Origin: Pseudobacteriovorax sp.
Lineage (GTDB): Bacteria; Bdellovibrionota_B; Oligoflexia; Oligoflexales; Oligoflexaceae
DNA length: 13,158 nucleotides
Reading direction: 5' to 3'
NCBI GenBank assembly: GCA_050293845.1
Contig: JBNKNM010000157.1
Span: 1 to 13,158 of the forward strand
Under the pieces are notes generated by a model. It was not told where the DNA came from. It saw nothing but the letters and a program-made list of their open reading frames with translations, and did no database searches. The first letter of the stretch is position 1, and each line of letters begins with the position of its first letter. The position numbers were made by a program, and so were the translations under genes. This document shows positions 8,891 through 13,158 of the stretch, piece after piece.

Positions 8891-9885
8891 TTACATCACT
8901 TTTAGAATTTGTATTGTCCGCTTCAGTAATCATCACCGCGGGTATTTTCATAACCAAATCTGCCGATCGGATTGCAAATATAACCGGTTTCGGCGGGCTA
9001 TTGGTGGGGAGTATATTCTTAGCAGCTGCAACATCGTTGCCAGAACTCATGGTCAATATCAGCGCTGTCAGTCAAAACAATCCCGATCTAGCTATCGGTA
9101 ATGTTTTAGGTAGCAATTTATTTAATCTCTTGATACTAGCTATATGTGACTTGTTATATCGCTCTCATTCACGAATGTTTACCCATACTGCAGTCACACA
9201 TGCCCTTTCAGCTACACAAAGCACAGCTCTTGTAGCTTTGGGAGGGCTTGGAATTTTATTAGCGCCCCGCTTGACGGAGTTTGCTGTTGGGCCGATCGGA
9301 CTCTGCTCCTTAGCTATTCTGGGGGCCTATCTACTGGGATTGAGGCTCGTCGTTCACAATCAACGCGTTGATTCACCCCGCAAACAAAACAGTAAAAGCC
9401 ATCCTCGCCACCGCTATGAACTAGGAAAGTCTTTGTTAGCATATCTCAGCTCCGCTGCAATTATATTGCTTGCTGCACCTTTTGTTTCTAAATCGGCCAC
9501 AACCCTTGCTGAACAAACGGGTTTAGGTAATACCTTTATAGGCACAACATTGCTAGCACTTTGCACCTCCCTACCAGAGCTGGTAGCGAGTCTTTCTGCT
9601 GTGAAACTAGGAGCTTATGATCTTGCCTTAGGAAATATTTTTGGAAGCAACGCCTTTAATATGTTGCTCATTGTTCCCTTAGACTTCATCTCCACAGGTC
9701 CTCTGCTAGCTTTGGTTTCACCAACACACCTGATCACCTGTTTGGCCACTATAGTTATCACTGCCGTTGCCGTAATGGGACAACTCTATCAGGTTGAGGA
9801 AAGAAAGTTTCTGGTAGAACCCGATGCAGCTCTGGTGATTATCTTAGTTTTCGGTGCTTTATCAACAGTATATTTTCTGCGCTAA
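8887..9885 (+). CDS. Sodium:calcium antiporter (CaCA family, YrbG-like)
   Basis: Two alpha repeats, ATSLPEL...GNVLGSNLFN and CTSLPEL...GNIFGSNAFN, with about 10 hydrophobic segments. The TTG start overlaps the ATPase TGA (TTGA), with an AAGGGG RBS upstream. Confidence 0.92.
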   Translation: MITSLLEFVLSASVIITAGIFITKSADRIANITGFGGLLVGSIFLAAATSLPELMVNISAVSQNNPDLAIGNVLGSNLFNLLILAICDLLYRSHSRMFTHTAVTHALSATQSTALVALGGLGILLAPRLTEFAVGPIGLCSLAILGAYLLGLRLVVHNQRVDSPRKQNSKSHPRHRYELGKSLLAYLSSAAIILLAAPFVSKSATTLAEQTGLGNTFIGTTLLALCTSLPELVASLSAVKLGAYDLALGNIFGSNAFNMLLIVPLDFISTGPLLALVSPTHLITCLATIVITAVAVMGQLYQVEERKFLVEPDAALVIILVFGALSTVYFLR

Positions 9886-9915
9886 AATTTTGATAAAATT
9901 TATCAGTATTTTAGC
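9881..9915. terminator. AT-rich hairpin between convergent genes, possible bidirectional terminator
   Basis: Outer stem GCTAAAAT/ATTTTAGC and inner stem TGATAA/TTATCA. The stem is weak and there is no clear U-tract. Confidence 0.3.
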
Positions 9916-9937
9916 GGTTACTGTCAGCTGAGTTCAA

Positions 9938-10777
9938 TTAAGGCCAATAGGCAAGAATATCTTGATGACCAACATGCAAACGACTTTTTCCTTGGTCTAT
10001 AGCCTTTAAGTGAAACTGGACCCATTCTTCCCACTCGCCTACCTCCTTTGGTCCGAGCAATTCTCTGGTGGCACAAATGATAAAATCAAAATTTGATTTT
10101 AAGAAAGAACTGTCTTCCTTTATATCCCAAGAACTGTCTGCTGTTTTCACTAAGAATCCTCGTTGACTGAGGGTATTGCTGATTTCTCTGACAGTGTTTG
10201 GCCCCATAGCTCGCTTCCCATTCTGATCACGCTGCATATGCTGATGAAACAATGACAAATATTTTTGATTTAAGGGATGGATTGGCTGGATAGTCAAATC
10301 TTCGTTGATATGAATGGTAAAGTACAGAATTACATTATTACAGGGGCGCGATCCTAGCAAATCGAGAAAAGTTAAAAAGGTTGCGAGGGGGATGATATCA
10401 AACACTGCATTTGCCAAAAAAACTCGCCTCTCTGTTTCTTTAAAGACGTTGAGATCTTTATCAGTAAAGTCAGCAATAATTTTATGAACAGATCTGAGTT
10501 TTGCTTGATTTGTTTGCTTGACAAGTTCTATTGTTTTCTCTGCATGATTCATAAGAGACTTATCTCTCTCAATAAGATGCCACACTTGTTGGCCATCAAT
10601 CTTTGGGGAAAGATATTTGAGATTTGCTCCTGAACCGCTGCCTAAATCTATGATGTTGATAGTTTCAAGTTCAGCCAAGGATGCTAAGAATTCCTTTTCA
10701 AGATCCAGATTCCGACTCCTGGAGTCATAGTCAAACCTTTGGTTTAACCATTGATTTTCAGCTGTAACAAAATCCAT
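9938..10777 (-). CDS. Class I SAM-dependent methyltransferase
   Basis: Motif I IIDLGSGSGAN and acidic motif II WHLIERD. Family-typical segments WLNQRFDYDSRSRN, ANAVFDI, FHQHMQRD..AMGP, SSWDI and C-terminal VGHQDILA. Confidence 0.85.
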   Translation of the reverse strand: MDFVTAENQWLNQRFDYDSRSRNLDLEKEFLASLAELETINIIDLGSGSGANLKYLSPKIDGQQVWHLIERDKSLMNHAEKTIELVKQTNQAKLRSVHKIIADFTDKDLNVFKETERRVFLANAVFDIIPLATFLTFLDLLGSRPCNNVILYFTIHINEDLTIQPIHPLNQKYLSLFHQHMQRDQNGKRAMGPNTVREISNTLSQRGFLVKTADSSWDIKEDSSFLKSNFDFIICATRELLGPKEVGEWEEWVQFHLKAIDQGKSRLHVGHQDILAYWP

Positions 10778-10847
10778 TACATCAACCTAGATCGTGAATG
10801 TTCATTGATGTTGCTAGAAACAGATAGTTCATAGCTAGAGCCATGTA

Positions 10848-10876
10848 ATTTTATAAGAAAAAGTGTTCTTGGTCAA
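10848..10876 (-). promoter_or_regulatory. Sigma70-type promoter for the methyltransferase
   Basis: Minus strand TTGACC-N17-TAAAAT, with the -10 box about 70 nt upstream of the ATG at 10777. Confidence 0.55.
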
Positions 10877-10963
10877 ATAAAAAGCCATGAATCATTATTG
10901 TTTTAAAAAAATTTTTAAAAAGATAATGGTGAACAAAACAAGCTAAAAATCTCGCTGTCAAAT

Positions 10964-11644
10964 TTATCTGATAAAAGGAAGTTTCCATCTACTAATGGAT
11001 CTTACAAAGGACAGTGAAATAAGCAAAGCGGCAAATATAGAAATGACAGTCTTTATCCCTAGGGAAATACTAGGAGAAAGGTTGAAAATCAGCGCACCAA
11101 TGGTAACAACACAAATAGTTTTCCCAAACCATGGGTTGCTTGAGGAGCTTTTAACCTCTATGACTTGCCAGTAGTGGGCTAGAACATAGAGGGGACGCCA
11201 GGCTGCTATCACATAAACCCAGAGGGGAAGCCCGACGATCTGTACTGCGACCATACTCAGAAGCACGGTGATGACTCCATCCGCCTCTTCATCAAGTATA
11301 GCTCCATATTTGGTGGGATCATGCAAGCGAGCCAGGTAACCATCAACACCATCCAAAATTAAGGCCAAGATAATAAAGAACTGCCTGAAAAAAGTTAACA
11401 TGCCGTCACTCAAATATAGATAACAGACAACGAAAACGATTAACAGCCGAGATATGGTCACAGCATCGGCTACAGTTAGTTTCTGCTTTAAACTCAGTGG
11501 TAAGGAAATAAATGCTAAGAAGATTGCGATGAGACCATAAATAGAAACGGTGCTAGAATCTGAAAGACACCACAAAAGGACCCCGGCAAGGTTTACTGCT
11601 GCTAGCCATTCACTCCAATATTTTATAAACATGAATATTCTCAA
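10964..11644 (-). CDS. CDP-alcohol phosphatidyltransferase family membrane protein
   Basis: Signature DG-x2-AR-x7-G-x3-D-x3-D (DGYLARLHDPTKYGAILDEEAD), preceded by ADAVTISR, with multiple TM segments. Start is TTG at 11644 or ATG at 11632. Confidence 0.88.
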   Translation of the reverse strand: MRIFMFIKYWSEWLAAVNLAGVLLWCLSDSSTVSIYGLIAIFLAFISLPLSLKQKLTVADAVTISRLLIVFVVCYLYLSDGMLTFFRQFFIILALILDGVDGYLARLHDPTKYGAILDEEADGVITVLLSMVAVQIVGLPLWVYVIAAWRPLYVLAHYWQVIEVKSSSSNPWFGKTICVVTIGALIFNLSPSISLGIKTVISIFAALLISLSFVRSISRWKLPFIR

Positions 11645-11654
11645 ATTCTGAAAG

Positions 11655-11817
11655 TAGATCCGGAATCCGAAAAATTCATCGCTTGCTGCGTTATGCCAAC
11701 TTTACGAAATCCTCACGCACCTTGGTGCGCTGCGGTTTAGTAAAGCTGTCATGCCTTGCACCCCATGTTTTTTCGAATCCCTTAGAATAGTTACTAATAA
11801 ATTTTTCCGATCTAGGG
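11655..11817. repeat. Dispersed palindromic element, copy 2 (better preserved)
   Basis: Same orientation as copy 1. Perfect apical inverted repeat CGCACC-TT-GGTGCG. The ends TAGATCCGGAA (11655) and TTCCGATCTA (to 11814) form an imperfect terminal inverted repeat bounded by TA. Confidence 0.9.
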
Positions 11818-12219
11818 CAGATTCCATTATAGTAGGAGCGATCCTTAAGGAACTTATCCCATTCTAGCTGATCAGAGACAGCTCTCAAAGAAAAATTAAA
11901 TGCGCCCCCCTTGGATTTTCAAACCTTCGCAAGCTCCCTTACTATTGGTAGCGTAGTATCTATAATTCTAGCCGAATCGGATTTCGAACCATCTCATTCT
12001 GGTTGTTAGAAACATTACTTTTATGTTAATTAGGGTGATCAATAGGGAAAGTTTGGTATAATTTGCTCAAATATCTGCTAAGTTAAAGGAAGTTGCCAGG
12101 TGCTTTCTGGGGATGGATTTGACTGCCAAGAACTCGGCATAAATGTACCGTAATATCGCATAATAATAGTTGGCCGGTACACGTATCGCTATCATTAAGC
12201 TTATGACATTAGGGGGCGA

Positions 12220-12426
12220 TTGAAAAAGTTTAAAGGTTCCGAGTTTCATCAATTGATAAAATTCGCTCATCCTGAAAAATATTTACTATTGACGGGTATG
12301 CTCTTTTTAGGGATAGGATCTCTTGTCGCTCTGCTTTTTTCCCAAGCCATTTATATTACCCTCGATGAAGGTATGGAATCCCATAGTTTAGCCCCTGTCG
12401 ATCAAATGGGCCACTTAATGACTTAG
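12220..12426 (+). pseudogene. Truncated N-terminus of an ABC exporter (ABCB/MsbA-like transmembrane domain)
   Basis: LIKFAHPEKYLLLTGMLFLGIGSLVALLFSQAIYITLDEG resembles the elbow helix plus TM1 of ABC exporters. It has an AGGGGG RBS before the TTG, stops after 68 aa and has no visible continuation. Recognised by eye only. Confidence 0.55.
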
Positions 12427-12474
12427 GTATATTAATCAATTTTTGAGCTAAATGTTTATTTTTAATCAAATTCT

Positions 12475-12895
12475 ATGAACAATGAAATTATAAATATTGA
12501 GGATTATCGGGAAGCTTTACGTTATTTTACAAAGTTGAAAAAAACTTCGTTCCGGACGCTCTCTCTGCAAACACAATTACACACTTCCTATATCTCCCGT
12601 GTTATGGCTGGAAAATGTGAATTTTCGGAAGAACAGATTCACAAAATAGGTCAGGTCTGTCCCTTAGCGATTGGCAGATGGAGAATTTCTACTGTTAGGT
12701 AGCTTGGGGCGCAATTTCAATAGACACTTTCGGAAGACTATTTTGCAAAGTATCCGAAAGATACGTAAAGAAAAGTCGAAGCTTTTAGAAAAACTTAATG
12801 GCGTTTGCAGCGCTGATCACGCGTTATATTATCAAGACGCTCTAACCGCTAAAGTGCATATGCACTTAACAATACCTGTATACCGGCGGAATTTA
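12475..12895 (+). pseudogene. Frameshifted, truncated TIGR02147/DUF4423-like HTH protein
   Basis: DYREAL...SFRTLSLQTQLHTSYISRVMAGKCEFSEEQIHKIG (HTH), then LSDWQME in a second frame, then FLLLGSL...IRKIRKEKSKLLEKL...[24 protein letters not shown] in the third. This implies two frameshifts near 12660-12685. Similarity stops near 12895. Confidence 0.6.
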
Positions 12896-12920
12896 CGTGT
12901 AGTGCAGCCTGTTTTTCCGC

Positions 12921-13158
12921 CACTACTGCCTCTAACTCAAGATCATGAGTAGGGTAGTGCTCTTCATGCCGCCTTAGTTGTCGTGAGGAGTATGACATCA
13001 CTCGGCCTTCTTGCACTAAGACACCCCCAAACCAATGCCAGAAGCATCACAATAGACATCAAAAGTCTTGGTGATGTCAGGCTGAGCTAGCACAGGCGAT
13101 GTGGTCAACAACTTCTTCAAATTCTCGAAGTCTTCGTCACAAGCGTCACTTCAGACAT
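12921..13158 (-). mobile_element. Degenerate fragment of a plant-type Ty3/gypsy LTR retrotransposon pol (RT connection / RNase H), running off the right edge
   Basis: Minus-strand translation [43 protein letters not shown], a 1-nt frameshift at 13023-13028, then [34 protein letters not shown]. This matches the Ty3/gypsy RNase H pattern (F..LK..LT..PVL..PD...F.VYCDAS..GLG.VLMQ...[20 protein letters not shown]). Confidence 0.9.

Noticed and set aside
5990..9056. Minus-strand ORFs 5990-6289, 6526-6777, 6985-7233, 7619-7864, 7988-8257, 8254-8571 and 8856-9056
   Set aside because: Antisense shadows of the ATPase and antiporter genes.
10779..10812. ACATCAA...TTGATGT inverted repeat as an FNR box
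   Set aside because: The half-sites are in the wrong order and spacing for TTGAT-N4-ATCAA. At most it is a weak leader hairpin.
11889..12005. Upstream extension of the 65-aa ORF through two TGA codons (recoding or pseudogene)
   Set aside because: The peptide is unrecognisable, a TAA closes the frame just upstream, and TGA is an ordinary stop for ppsA, the kinase and the ATPase.
12067..12270. 67-aa minus-strand ORF
   Set aside because: No motif or RBS, and it overlaps the better-supported ABC stub on the other strand.
12852..12867. Perfect 16-bp palindrome AAGTGCATATGCACTT
   Set aside because: It lies within pseudogene coding sequence (KVHMHL). One such palindrome in 13 kb is plausible by chance and there is no second copy.
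12921..13158. Terminal fragment as a bacterial retron, group II intron or DGR reverse transcriptase
   Set aside because: The motifs are those of the LTR-retrotransposon RNase H domain ([18 protein letters not shown]), not of those bacterial RT classes.

Overview
Bacterial DNA, possibly Bdellovibrionota/Oligoflexia (inferred from a TIGR02147-like remnant). On the minus strand, left to right: acetyl-CoA synthetase (runs off the left edge, absent from the ORF track), an Rv2004c-type APH-like kinase/P-loop kinase fusion, and PEP synthase. Divergent from ppsA is a P2A-type cation ATPase overlapping a CaCA (Na+/Ca2+) antiporter. A SAM methyltransferase and a CDP-alcohol phosphatidyltransferase follow on the minus strand. 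After them is a decayed zone with an ABC-transporter N-terminal stub and a frameshifted TIGR02147-like gene. Three things are not explained by the ORF track. (1) acsA, the kinase and ppsA each have a sigma54-type promoter, and acsA and ppsA share a tandem 16-bp palindromic upstream motif, suggesting a sigma54 regulon with DosR-regulon-like gene content. (2) A ~160-bp long-hairpin element occurs twice (~3180 and ~11655) at about 90% identity with one compensatory base change, resembling Rickettsia palindromic elements. (3) The last ~240 bp encode a degenerate plant-type Ty3/gypsy RT-connection/RNase H fragment joined abruptly to bacterial sequence, most likely a chimeric join and less likely real horizontal transfer. 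All family assignments come from motif recognition by eye; no searches were run.
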